A stretch of DNA of 62,093 nucleotides from assembly GCA_038087875.1 (NCBI GenBank), contig JAXLNO010000211.1:1-62093 (forward strand), given 5' to 3'. Each line of letters starts with the position of its first letter. Within the stretch, counting starts at the first letter, position 1. This document shows, one piece after another, positions 49,764-61,796 of this stretch. This DNA comes from Malacoraja senta. Lineage: Eukaryota. The notes under the pieces were generated by a model that ran no database searches, had not been told where the DNA came from, and worked only from the letters and a program-made list of their open reading frames with translations. A program made the position numbers and the translations under genes.

Positions 49764-50124
49764 GATGTTTCAGTTTAGACATCAGTTTAGATGTGTAAGA
49801 AGGAACTGCAGATGCCGATTTAAACCGAAGATAGACAAAAAGCTGGAGTTACTCAGCGGGACAGGCAGCATCTCTGGAGAGATGAAATGGGTGATGTTTT
49901 GGGTCTAGACCCTTCTTCAGACTGGTGATGCAGATGCTGGTTTACACTGAAGATAGACACAAAAAGCTGGAGTAAATCAGGAAGTCAGGCAGCATCGCTG
50001 GAGAAAAGGAATAGATGGCGTTTCAGGTCAAGGGACTTCTTCAGACAGAGTCGGGGGTATATCTTTTATTAATTTGTTCTATGTACCTTTTCGTATCGCT
50101 TGGTTTCCTGTCTCCTGATTCTCC

Positions 50125-50157
50125 GTCTGAAGAAGGGTCTCGACCCGAAACATCACC
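50125..50157 (+). ncRNA. Minimal hammerhead motif with the CpG of the palindrome mutated
   Basis: CUGAAGA A GGGUC-UC-GACCC GAAA CA UC/ACC; a degenerate inverted copy lies at about 50015-50046. Confidence 0.5.
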
Positions 50158-50185
50158 TTTTCCTTTTCTCCGGAGATGCTGCCTA

Positions 50186-52432
50186 ATAGAAAAAATCACA
50201 TGTGGTTAAAGTGCACATTGTCAGATTTTTAAAAAGGCTTTTTTTTTAACATTTTGGTTTCACCATGTAGAAATTACAGCAGTCAATTTACACAAAATAG
50301 CATCCCCCCTTACCTGACCTCAATTTTTTTTAAAGTACTTTTGCACCCTATATTTGTAATAATTCTATAAATGCAGACCACGTCAGGTGGAAGTGATCTG
50401 GTTTACCTGCTAGGAGGAGTCTTATCTCTTCTAGGTGTAATGTTTCGAACATATTTGAAGTCCACATATTTATAGTTGGTATTGGAGCCTTCTTCCAAAA
50501 TTTTAGAATTAGCTTTTTTCCAGTTATTAACCCATAGTCCATTAGTTTCTTTTGAAACACATTTAGTTCTGAGCCATCTTCCGTTATTCCGAAGATAATC
50601 CATTCTGCTTTGGGTATCAGTCTTGTTTTAAATAACTTTGTAAAGATTTCAAAAATTTCATTCGAAAATTTTTGAATTTTTGTACAGAAAACGAATGAGT
50701 GCGCTATAGTAGCGCACTCATGTCCCATGAGTGCGCTACTATAGTAAATGAGTATGTCCCATTTACGTAATGCTCATAAAATATTTGTTTCTCTCTTTTT
50801 CCTTTTTCTCTTTCTCTTTCTTTTCTAGGGTCTATTCCTTAACTCTTTTTCTTTTGTTTTTAAATTTTGTTCTTATAGGGTCTTCGTCCTTTTTTGTTGT
50901 CACATTTTCTACACTTTCACTTTTTCCTTCACTTTCTTCTTTCTTTCAATCTTTTCTTTTTCTAGTGTAAAAAATAAATGGAGTACATTAATTGTAAGAA
51001 GACATAAGTGACGAGTACTAATGTATGTGGTTGTAATGTAATGTACTTCTAATAAATAAAAATAAAAAAAATAAAAAAATTAAAAAAAAATTACACAAAA
51101 TACATAGTCTGCCCCATTTTAGGGCACCATAATGTTTGGGACACAGCAATGTCATGTAAATGAAAGTAGTCATGCTTAGTATTTTGTTGCATATCCTTTG
51201 CATGCAATGACTGCTTGAAGTCTGTGATTCATGGACATCGCCAGTTGCTGGGTGTCTTCTCTGGCGATGCTCTGCCCTGCCGGGCCTGTATTGCAGCCTG
51301 TGCTTGTTTTGGGGGCTAGTCCCCTTCAGTTTTCTCTTTGACATATAAAAGGCATGCTCAGTTGCATTCAGATCGGGTGATTGACTTGGCCACTCAAGAA
51401 ATAAAAAATGTTTAGCTTTGAAAAACTCCTTTGTTGCTTTAGGGATCATTGTCTTGCTGTAGTATGAACCGCTGGGAATGTGTTTTGAGGCCAATGTGTT
51501 TGAACTTGAGCATATAGGATGTGTCTATACACTTCAGAATTCATTATGCTACTACCATCAGTAGCTGAATGGTCAACAAAGCTAAGTTAGCCAGTACCTT
51601 CAGCAGCCATACATGCCCAGCCCACAACACCCCCACCACCGTGTTTCACAGATGAGGTGGTGTGCTTTGGATCTAGGGCAGTTCATTCTCTCCTCCGTAC
51701 TTTGCTCTTGCCATCACTCTGATATAAGTTAATCTTTGTATCATCTGTCCAGAAGACCTTTTTCCAGAACTGTGGTTGCTCTTTTAAGTACTTCTTGGCA
51801 AACTGTAACCCGGCCATCCTGTTTTTGCGGCTAAACAGTGGTTTGTATCTTGCAGTGCAGCCCCTGTATTTCTGTTCATGAAGTCTTCTGCGGACAGTGG
51901 TCATTGGCAAATCCACACCTGACTCCTGATGAGTGTTTCTGACCTGTCAGTCCCTTTGTGATTAGTAAAGGATTGGGGTTTTGTCTTTATTATAGGGAGA
52001 AGTCTTCTGTCATCAGCTGTGGAGGTGTTCCTTGGCCTGTCAGTCCCTTTGCGATTAGTAAGCTCACCAGTGCTCTCTTTCTTCTTAATGACGTTCCAAA
52101 CAGTTTGATTTTGGTAAGCCTAAGGTTTGGCTGCTGTCTCGAACAGTTTTATTCTTGTTTCTCAGTCTCATAATGGTCTCTTTTACTTTCATTGGCACAA
52201 CTCTGGTCCTCCTGTTGATGAACAGCAATAAAAGTTTCCAAAGGTGATGGAAAGACTGGAGGAAAGACTACATGCTGAGTTGTCTTATACCTGCATTAAG
52301 GAGGCATTTAAATACCCTGAGCAATTACATACATCTGCGAAGCCATGTCCCAAACATTATGGTGCCCTGAAATAGGGGACTATGTATAAACACAGGTGTA
52401 ATTTCTACATGGTGAAACCAAAATGGGCAAAA
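50186..52432 (-). mobile_element. Old Tc1 transposon, decayed, with an L1 inside one TIR
   Basis: WTDDTKINLYQSDGK, WPSQSPDLNATE; TIR segments ggtttcaccatgtagaaattaca and agggcaccataatgtttggga are inverted at 52345-52425. Confidence 0.85.
50300..51090. mobile_element. 5'-inverted (twin-primed) L1 fragment
   Basis: ORF2 end on the minus strand (50348-50710), rest of the 3' UTR and poly-A on the plus strand; flanking direct repeat ttacacaaaata at 50288-50299 and 51091-51102. Confidence 0.8.
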
Positions 52433-53265
52433 AAATGAATACATAAGTTTAAAATGAGGGGGGAAAGATTTAATAAGAACCAGAGGCATAGCTGTGGTGG
52501 GAGTACTGAATGAACTGCCGGAGAAGGGAGTTCAGGCACGTACTATCGCAACATTTAAGAAACATTTAATCTGGTACATGGATAGATAGGTTTAGAAGGA
52601 TATGGGCCTCCTCAGACAGCCGTGGAGCCCACGTCAATGGATATTTCTCAGGTGGATATTGACAGATTCTTGATCAGTATGGGTGTCAAGGGTTATGGGG
52701 CAAAAGCATGGAATGTGGTTGAGAGGGCGAGATAGAGCAGCCATGATTGAATTGGGCCATGCAGCCGTAGGCCCTGATTCCCTGCTGTATGACTCTTTGA
52801 CTCTTTGACTCCTCTCTATGATTTTATAAAATCTCCTTGACATTGTCCATTTTCTTAATATAATAAAATATTCTTTGAATTTTGGAATATTGTAACTAGT
52901 AGACTATATCGACATGATAGATAATAATAGATCTTTGAAGATGGGAAGCAATCCAATAGGATCATTCAATACCTCGACCACATTTGGTGGAATAGGTATC
53001 AGAGCCCATCTAGCCAACTCTTGAAGAAGGCTCAGTGGTGCAGCATTAGAGATGCTGCCTTATCGCCCTTACAGCACCAATGCCCAGGTTGGATCCTGAC
53101 TACGGGTCCTGTCTGTATGGAGTTTGTACATTCTCCACCTGACCGTGTGGGTTTTTCCTGAGATCTTCAGATTCTTCCCACATTCCAAAGACGTACAGGT
53201 TTGTAGTTTAATTGGTTTGGTGTAGAATGTAAATTGTCCCTTGTGTGTGTAGGATAGTGTTAGAG

Positions 53266-54219
53266 CCCACATCTGTTTTTGCTTTACATAAACGACATCC
53301 ATGAAAAAGTCGCAAGCACGACGAGACTATTCGCTGATGATTGTTTGCTGTACCGTCCAATTAAGTCAGCTGATGATGAAGATGCTCTCCAAAAGGACCT
53401 CGATACAATGGTTGAGTGGTCACACCAATGGGGCATGCAGTTCAACCCTTCCAAATGTGAAACCATGCGTGTTACCAGAAAGAGGAATCCAGGCAAAACA
53501 TTGTACAATATACTTGGTGCCACCATTGAAGAATCCAAACAAACCAAGTATCTTGGCATCAAATTGCAGAATGATCTGCGTTGGAATGGTCAGACTCATC
53601 ATGCAACGGTGAAAGCAACAGGTGTCCTAAATTTTCTGAGGCGCAACTTTCATCATTGTTCAACTTCTGTCAAGGAGAAGCTATACTTCACCCTCGTTAG
53701 ACCTCATTTGGACTACGCAGTTGCAGCATGGGACCCATACACAAATAAAAACATTTCTTCCATCGAACGTGTCCAAAGACAGGCAGCTCGATTTGTTACT
53801 AACACCTATGAGAGAGAAGCGAGTGTTACCAAACTTCTGAATTCTCTGGGGTGGAACCCTCTCCAAGACAGACGTGAAGCTCACCGTTTGACCTGTTTTT
53901 ACAAAATGTTAAATGGTCAGCTCAACATAGATTACAAGACCTACACCAAACCCAAACCAATTAGGAGCAGACGAGGACATTCGATCCAATTTGAGATTCC
54001 AGCTACCAAGACAGATGTGTACAGCAATTCATTCTTCCCCCGCACAATTAAAGCATGGAATAATCTTCACCCTACCATAGTTACCCAATCAGATGCAACT
54101 ACATTTAAGGTAGCTCTTTCTTCCCAAAAACCCTTTCTGGCTTAAGTCCTCCCTCCACCACCTCCAGTTTAAATTCCATTTGGAATATTTTGGAGGACCA
54201 AGAAACCAAGAACCAAGAG
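53266..54219 (+). mobile_element. Young 5'-truncated CR1-clade LINE of a divergent family, inserted in a SINE
   Basis: Stop-free ORF 53279-54145 (YIND, LFADDCLLY, VRPHLDYA..AWDPY, SFFPRTI..WN); (ccaagaa)n tail; agag TSD. Confidence 0.88.
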
Positions 54220-54495
54220 TGTGGGGGTTGCTGGTCAGTGTGGACTCAGTGGCCCGAAAGGCCTGTTTCCATGCTGTATCTCTAAGCTAAAAACTAAACT
54301 AAAGGCTCCTGACACAAATTGTCACCTGATCATTGATGCTGCCTGCCCCACTGAGTTCCTCCAGCACTTGCATCTGCAGGTCCTTGTGACTCCCTTATTC
54401 AAAGTTCTTGTATTGTTATCAGTTTTAGCATTAATAACTGTTAGTTATTTTCAGTGAATGATACAATCATATTTATTATTGTTTATGCATTGCAG

Positions 54496-54756
54496 ATTTA
54501 CACCATCTTGCATTTTACTACCTGTTGAACCATGGATTGAGTGAGCTGCCTGAGTACAGTATGGTAGCAATGCTGGATGACCTCCAGATAGCATATTTTG
54601 ACAGCACACTAGAGCGGGCTATTCCCAGACAGCGATGGATGGCCCAGTCTTTCCCGCAGGATCACTGGGATTCAATGGCCATCACAGTTGCAGGTTTTCA
54701 TGGGATTGTCAGAGGAAATGCTGAGATAGTCTACCAACAGCAACATGGTATCTCGA
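54496..54756 (+). CDS. MHC class I-like (non-classical) heavy chain, alpha-1 domain exon
   Basis: cattgcag|AT TTA CAC...TCG A|gtaagt; 261 nt, phase 1/1; xLHHLAFYYLLNHGLSELPEYSMVAMLDDLQIAYFDSTLERAIPRQRWMAQSFPQDHWDSMAITVAGFHGIVRGNAEIVYQQQHGIS; class I hallmarks PE(F/Y)xxVxxxDDxQxxYFDS, PRxxWM, WD. No alpha-2 or alpha-3 exon found in the window. Confidence 0.92.
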
Positions 54757-55557
54757 GTAAGTGTCGTGACCGGACCTGGGGTAGACACCCAGTGATGACA
54801 CAATTATTAAGGGTTTGGACACGCTAGAGGCAGGAAACATGTTCCTGTTGTTGGGGGAGTCCAGAACCAGGGGCCGCAGTTTAAGAATAAGGGCTAGGCC
54901 ATTTAGAACTGAGATAGGGGAAAACAAAATTTCACCCAGAGAGTTGTGAATCTGTGGAATTCTCTGCCACAGAAGCCAGTGGAGGCCAGTTCAATGGATG
55001 TTTTCAAGAGTTAGATTTAGCTCTTAGGGCTAACGGAAACAAGGGATATGGGGGAAAGCTGCCAGAGGAGGTAGTTGAGGCTGGGACTATCCTAACATTT
55101 AAGAAACAGTTAAACAGGTACATGGATAGGACAAGTTTGGAGGGATATGGACCAAATGCAGGCAGGTGGGACTAGCGTAGACGGGACATATTGGTCGGTG
55201 TGGGCAAGTTGGGCCGAAGGGCCTGTTTGCACATTGTATCACTCTATGACTCTAACACGAAGTGCTGCAGTAACTCGGCGGGTCAGGCAGCATCTCTGGA
55301 GAACATGGATAGGTGACGTTTCACAGAGTGCTGGAGTAACTCAGCAGGTCAAGCAGCATCTGTGGAGAACATGGATAGGTGACGTTTCAGGTCGGGACCC
55401 TTCTGCAGACGGACACTATGTTAACGGATGAGGGGGTGATCGGCAGATGTGTGGAGTAAGTGACAGAGGCAAGAGAAAATAAGGAGAGAGGAATGTATTT
55501 GTGCAGCTTGAAGGGACATTGGCCAGGTAGCATTTAGAGTATTGCATACAGCTATTT

Positions 55558-58070
55558 TCTTTTAAAATCGTTTTATTAATTTTCAAAAAACAACAAAATA
55601 ATGATAAACATAACAGCGATATTGATAAGTAGGGATCAGGATTACATTTGCAACAAGTGTAACCTAAGTATGAATCCAGTGTCAAAATACACATTGGGTA
55701 TAGACCTCCCGGTCTCTATGTAAATATAGTTCAATGGTTAAAAGAGAACTTGTATATATAAAAACAAAAAAAAAGAGAAAAAAGAGAAAAACAACCCCCT
55801 AAACTAAAATAAACAACAACAAAAAAACAGAATCTGGGCTGCAAAGAATTTCAACAATTTAGATCGCTGTTTGTCTCCAAAACCGTTCCACCGTACAAGG
55901 GTAAGAAATTATTATAACGGTTGGAGAGGGAATAATTGATATCGTGTGAAAATATTGAATAAATCTTCCCCAAAGTCCAAATTTCCTCAAATTTAACCAA
56001 GGGTTCAACAATGTCACTCCTAATGTTTTTTAAATTTAAACATGATATCATTTCAGAGTACCAATGAAGTGTGGTAGGAGGGTTAGAGTCTTTCCATTTA
56101 AATAAAATAGATTTTCTGGCAATTAATGTAGTTAAAGCAATCAACCGATGGGCTGAACGGGACAGATGAATAGAATCTAACATTGGTAGCCCAAAAATTG
56201 CAGTAATAGGATGAGGTTGTAAATCATACCTAAAACCACAGAAATAGTATCAAAAACTTGTTTCCAATATTTTTCCAAAAGTGGGCAGGACCAAAACATA
56301 TGAGTCACTTCATATTTACTTCTGAAGCCACTTCAGAATTACATCTGTCACAGGTAGGATTTATATGACCATAAAAACGAGCTAACTTATCTTTTGACAT
56401 ATGAGCTCTGTGAACCACCTTGAATTATATCAGAGCGTGGCTTGCACACATTGAAGAGGTATTGACTAATTGAAGAATCCTCTCCCATTTCTCTATAGAT
56501 AGACAATAGGTGCAGGAGTAGGCCATTTGGCCCCTCGAGCCATTCAATGTGATCATGGCTGATCATCCCCAATCAGTACCCCAATCAGTACCCCGTTCCT
56601 GCCTTCTCCCCATATCCCCTGACTCCGCTATTTTTAAGAGCCCTATGTAGCTCTCTCTTGAAAGCATCCAGAGAACTGAGGCAGAGAATTCCACTACGTA
56701 CAGAAATGTGAAGTACTCTTTCCCAATCATTCTTAATTTTATCAGATGCACCTATTGTAATTTCAAAATCAACTCATAAATAGTCGTTATTAAACCTTTC
56801 TGATAAGGGTTCAATTGTACATTTTTTTCGGTTTGATGTGATAACGGAAAAGAGGGTAAAGTAGCCTTCAAAAAATGTCTAATTTGTAAATATCTAAAAA
56901 AATGTGAGTGATGTAGATTATATTTATGGGAGAGTTGTTCAAAAGACATAAAACAACCGTCCAAAAACAAATCACGATAAACTGCTACTCCCTTCCTCTT
57001 CCGTAACAGAAAGGCTTGATCATTGGTAGAGGGTTGGAAGAAAAAATTAGATATGATAGGACTTGATAAAATAAAATCATTCAATCCAAAGAAACAAAAT
57101 TGAAACCATATTCGCAATGTGTGTCTTATTATTGAGTTAATCGTATATTTATTTAATCTCGTAATTGTAAAAGGTAACGAGGTCCCTAGGATAGAAGACA
57201 ATGATAACCCTTGCATACTTTCAAGATTTATCCATTCTGGCATTTGGTATCTTTAAATCTTTTGACCAAAACGTTAAATAACAAGCATTAACTGCCCAAT
57301 AATGAAATCTAAGGTTCGGCAATGCCAAACCACTGTCTTTTTTTAAAATTTCTGTAAGTATTTTTCACTTAGTGTGGGATTTTTATTCTGCCATATATAT
57401 GAAGAGATTTTTTTAGTCAATAATATCAAAAAAAGATTTAGAAATAAAAATAGGTATCATCTGAAATAAATATTAAAATGTAGGTAGAATAAACATTTTA
57501 ATAGCACTGATTCGGCGATTAGGGATAAGAACATTGGTGACCATTTAGTAAGCTGTTGTCTGACATGGTCAATTAAGGGCGTAAAATTGGCTTTAAATAA
57601 GGTCCTTGTGATTCTTGGTAATCTTAATACCTAAATAAGTAAACCAGTCGGTAGTCAATGTAAATGGAACCTGCCCATAATTCACAATTTGATTGTTTAG
57701 TGGAATAAGCTCAGTCTTACTAAGATTTAATTTATAACCAGAAAAACGACTAAACTGGTTAAGTAAAGTTAGTATTGCAGGAATAGATTTCTCTAGATTA
57801 GAAATAAATAATACAGATCATCTGCATAGAGAGATAGCTTATATGTCTTATTCCCACAGACAATACCAAAAATATTGGGGGATTCCCTAAGAGCAGTGGC
57901 AAAGGTTCCAAAGCAATATCAAACAATAAAGGGCTTAAAGGACAGCCCTGTCTAGTACCTCGAAAGAGCCTAAAGAAAGGGGATCTCTGATTATTTGTAA
58001 GTACAGAAGCCTGAGGTATACGATATATCAGCTTGATCCAAGAGATAAATTTTGGACCAATCTTAATTTT
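55558..58070 (-). mobile_element. Degenerate L1 3' portion with a CR1 tail inserted at about 56500-56700
   Basis: RGTRQGCPLSPLLF, FRYLQIRHF; poly-A at 55558. Confidence 0.85.
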
Positions 58071-59570
58071 CATGGACCTCCAGTGTCAACTTCTAGTTGT
58101 ACCTCCCTGCCGTTCACTATCACAGTGGCTGTATACGGGTCAGAGTTTGTCAAATTGTTGATCGATTCATCATCCAATTGGCTCAGCGGGGCCTCCAAGT
58201 GGTTTGCCTTTTTCTGGAATTGTCTCCTCGTCTGTTGGTAAGCTCTAACAGCATCACACTGGCTTTTGGTGTGACCCGTTCCCAAGCACCTGAAGCACCT
58301 ACTATCTCTAAATTTACACGTCGCAGGCTCATGGCTGCCGCCACATCTCCAGAACTTCTTGGAGAATTGAACCTTGACTCTGGATGCCCTTGGTGGACTC
58401 CTTGTCTTCTTTAGTCCAGGCTCCTTCATTGGCTGGTTTTCAAAGGTTAGTTTTGGTGTAGCCATCCTAACACCAATCTATCCCTTAGCATATTCTCCAG
58501 TTCCTTAAAATTACACCCATCACTTAACTGTCGAAGCCTTGCTAGGAACTGAGGGATTGTTTCATTTGCTTGTGTGCATGTATAGAATCGTTATCTTTGC
58601 ACTATTTCTGTTGGTTTCGTTGAGAAATGAGCAATTAATGCCTCCTTACATTCCTTGTACGTTTTACTAGCGGGCTTTGCTGGCTGCAGCAACGCACGTT
58701 GGGTATGATAACCCTTGCTTCCTCAACCTGTAAGGAACAATGCTCTTTTCTTCTCTTCTGAAGTGACATCGTTTGAAGTGAACCAAGCCTCCAGGACTTT
58801 GGTCCATTCCTCAAAAGTATAACCAGATTCTAACTGGGGCATATTCCCAACTATTGTATTAGCCATGGTTACACTGTTGCTACTCAGGTACACAATGTTC
58901 CATCCTTTTACACAATGTTCTCTGCAATGGACTTAATTCCTTTACAATATCACTGAGCAGTTAACCAGTAAATTCACGACCAATAATTCTCTTATACTAA
59001 TCAATTTATACTAATATACCAATATAATAATATACTAATATAATAATTGGGAGGAGAGAGGACATACTAATAATAATATGACTAATATAATAATATACTA
59101 ATATACATGCAATGCACGCATATATCCTCTAAATTATTGTTCTCATTAAACAATACAGTAAATTCTTAAAGTCCAGCTTTTGCTGCGATGAATTCCCCAT
59201 TCTGACTTGACTCTCTGGACTCCGCTTCTAGCTTTGTAGCTGTGCTGTCCCGCTACAGCACTGCCTGTTGCATGGCGATCGTGCGTTCCCGTTCCAACTT
59301 TTTGCGAGCCAAATACATATCTTGTCTTTAACTTTATGTTCGATCTTGAGAATACCTCAAATCGACCGCAATTCTGTTCCTGCTAACGGAATCGACATCC
59401 TCGTCGCCAAATTGTTATGTATTTGTGCTGGAAACGGTCTTAAATAAGACTCAGAACACACAGGTACTTAACATTCTTCTTGTATTGAAATCACCATCTT
59501 GAGTCTCTCTGCGTTTGTGTACCATCGCGCATGACCTTCAAATATGCTAATCATATTCTCATACACAACA
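58071..59570 (-). mobile_element. Gypsy (Mag-clade-like) LTR retrotransposon 5' fragment: 158-bp LTR at 59413-59570, PBS, decayed gag and start of the protease
   Basis: LTR with inverted ends tgttatgtat...atacacaaca; PBS tggcgacgagga; gag ATG at 58866; zinc-knuckle-like WRCGGSH....C and CFRCLGTGHTKSQC; protease LEVDTG. Confidence 0.85.
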
Positions 59571-61740
59571 GGGGTGGAGAGGAGAGGGGAGGAGGAGAGG
59601 AGACAATCTCTTATCTCCACCTATTATCTTTGGTGCTGGATTTGAGGGGAGGGGAGATGAGAAGAGAGGAGGTAGCAGAGGGGAGAGGAGACGGAAGGGG
59701 AGAGGAGAGGGGAGAGGGGAGGGGAGAGGAGAGGAGGGGAGGAGTGGTTGAGAGGAGGGGAGAGGATAGGGGAGGGGAGGAGGGGTGGAGAGGAGAGGAG
59801 GGGAGAGGAGAGGAGGGGAGAGGAGGGTAGAGGGGAGGGGAGAGGAGAGAGGAGATGAGAGGGGAGAGATGGAAGAGGGACGAGGAGACCAGAGGAGGGT
59901 AGTGGAGGATGAGAGGAGAAGAGAGGGTAAGAGGGGATAGGAGAAGGGAGGAGGGAGGGGGGTGGAGAGGTGAGGGGAGGAGAGGAGGGGGATGAAAGGG
60001 GAGGAAGGAGGGAGAGGAGAGGAGATGTGGGGTAAAGATGTGGGGAGGAGGAGAGCAGTGTAGAGGGGAGCAGATGGGAGGAGAGTAGATGAGAGGAGAG
60101 AGGACAGAAAAGGTGAGGGATGAAAGGAGAGGAGAGGGGAGGAGGGGATATGGGAATGGAGGAGAGGAGGAGAGATAGTGGAGAGGTGAGGAGGGAGAAG
60201 AGAGGATGGGAGTGGCAATAGGAGAGGAAAGGAAGGGAGAGGTGAGGAGGAGATGATACAATCTCTCCTCCACCAATTATCTTTGGTGTTGGATTTGAGG
60301 GGAGAGGAGGGAAGGAGGTGATAGGAGAAGGAGGAGCGGGAGGAGAGGGGAGGATAGGAGAGTTGAGGTTATGAGAGAGGAGAGTAGGGGAGTAGGGGAG
60401 CGGAGCGAGAGTGAGGGTAGGAGAGGGGATGAGAGAATGGAGGGGAGGAGAGGAGATGGGAGAAGGGAATGTATATGAAGAGAAGGGAGGGGAGGACAGG
60501 GGGACAGTGGGGACAGGGCGAGAGCAGGGAGAGAGGAGTGGGAGAAGGGAGGGGAGCCGAGAGGATGGAGGAGAGGAGAGGAGATGGGGGAGATGGGAGG
60601 AGGGTCGAGGAGAGCAGATGAAGAGGAGGGGAGTGGAGGGTGGTGGAGCAGGGAAGAGAGGAGAGGGTAGGAGAGGATAGGAGTGAGGACGGAGAGGAGA
60701 GGGGCAGAGATGGGGCACGGAGGGGAGAGGAGAGGAGAGATGAGATGAGAGGAGAGGAGATGGAGAGGGGAGGGACAATCTCTCACACTGTATTACAATT
60801 GTCTTTGGTGCTGGAGTTGACGGGTGTGGAGAAGAGAGGGAGAGGGGAGATGGGTGGATGGGAGAGAGGAGAGGAGGGGAGAGAAGAGGGAAGGGGAGAG
60901 AAGAGCTGAGAGGAGGGGTGAGAGGAGATGTGAGGGGAGAGGAGAGGGTGCAGAGAAGTGGGGATAGAGGAGAGGGGAAGGGAGGAGATGAGATGGAGAG
61001 GATTGGAGAGGAGACAATTTCTCACCTCCACAATATTTCAGTTATGTTTGCTGCTGGATTTGAGGGATGGGGAGAGAGAGGGTGTGGGAGGGGAGAGGAG
61101 GGGATTGGAGAGTGGAGCAGAGGAGTGGAGAGGGTGGTGGAGAGGAGAGAGAGGGGAGTAGTGGAGAGGAGAGGAGATGAGAGGGTAGGGGACGAGATGA
61201 CGGGAGTAGATGAAGGGAGGAGGGGAGAGGGGAGGGGTAGAGAATGAGCAGAGGAGGAGAGGAGAGATGAGGGTGGATAGAAGAGCGGAGGGAGGGAGGA
61301 AGGGAGTAATGGAGAGGAGAGGACAATGGAGGACAGGAGAGGAGAGAGGAGAGGAGAGGGGAGGAGAAGGAGTAGTGGAGAGGAGGGGAGAGAGCAGGGG
61401 AGAGGAGAGGAGCATTGTGGAGGGGAGGAGAGGTGATAAGAGGAGATTGAGTATAGGAGGAGAGGAGGGGTAAGAGAGGAGGTGTGGTGAGGAGAGTGGA
61501 GGGGAGAGGGGAGAGGGGAGGAGGGAGGGGGGGGGACGAGCGAGAGAGGAAAGTAAAGGAGTGAGAAAAGCGGGGGGTGGTGGCGAGAGGAGAGAAGGAA
61601 GGGAGGGAGGCAGAGGATGGGAGAGAAGAGAGGTGGAGAAAGGGGGAGTTGAGAGGAGAGGAGTGAGGTGAGGAGACGGGAGGAGAAAGGGGGAGGAGGA
61701 GAGGAGAGGTGAGGAGAGGAGTGGAGGAGAGGAGAGGGTA
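59571..61740 (+). repeat. About 2.2-kb polypurine (G/A) low-complexity tract punctuated by four copies of an approximately 50-bp motif
   Basis: ggaga/gaggg runs; motif acaatctct..ctccac..attatctttggtgctggatttgaggg at about 59600, 60256, 60773 and 61011. Confidence 0.92.
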
Positions 61741-61796
61741 TTGTAGTATTTGATGGGTAGAAACTCATACAGATTCATATTGTCCCATGTCAGTAA

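Noticed and set aside
54385..54457. Hydrophobic stretch just before the class I exon as its signal peptide
   Set aside because: No suitable ATG or GT donor, and it ends in a stop; T-rich intron sequence
59531..61778. Long Pro/Ser/Leu-rich and Gly/Glu/Arg-rich ORFs
   Set aside because: Open in several frames on both strands only because the purine tract rarely forms stop codons
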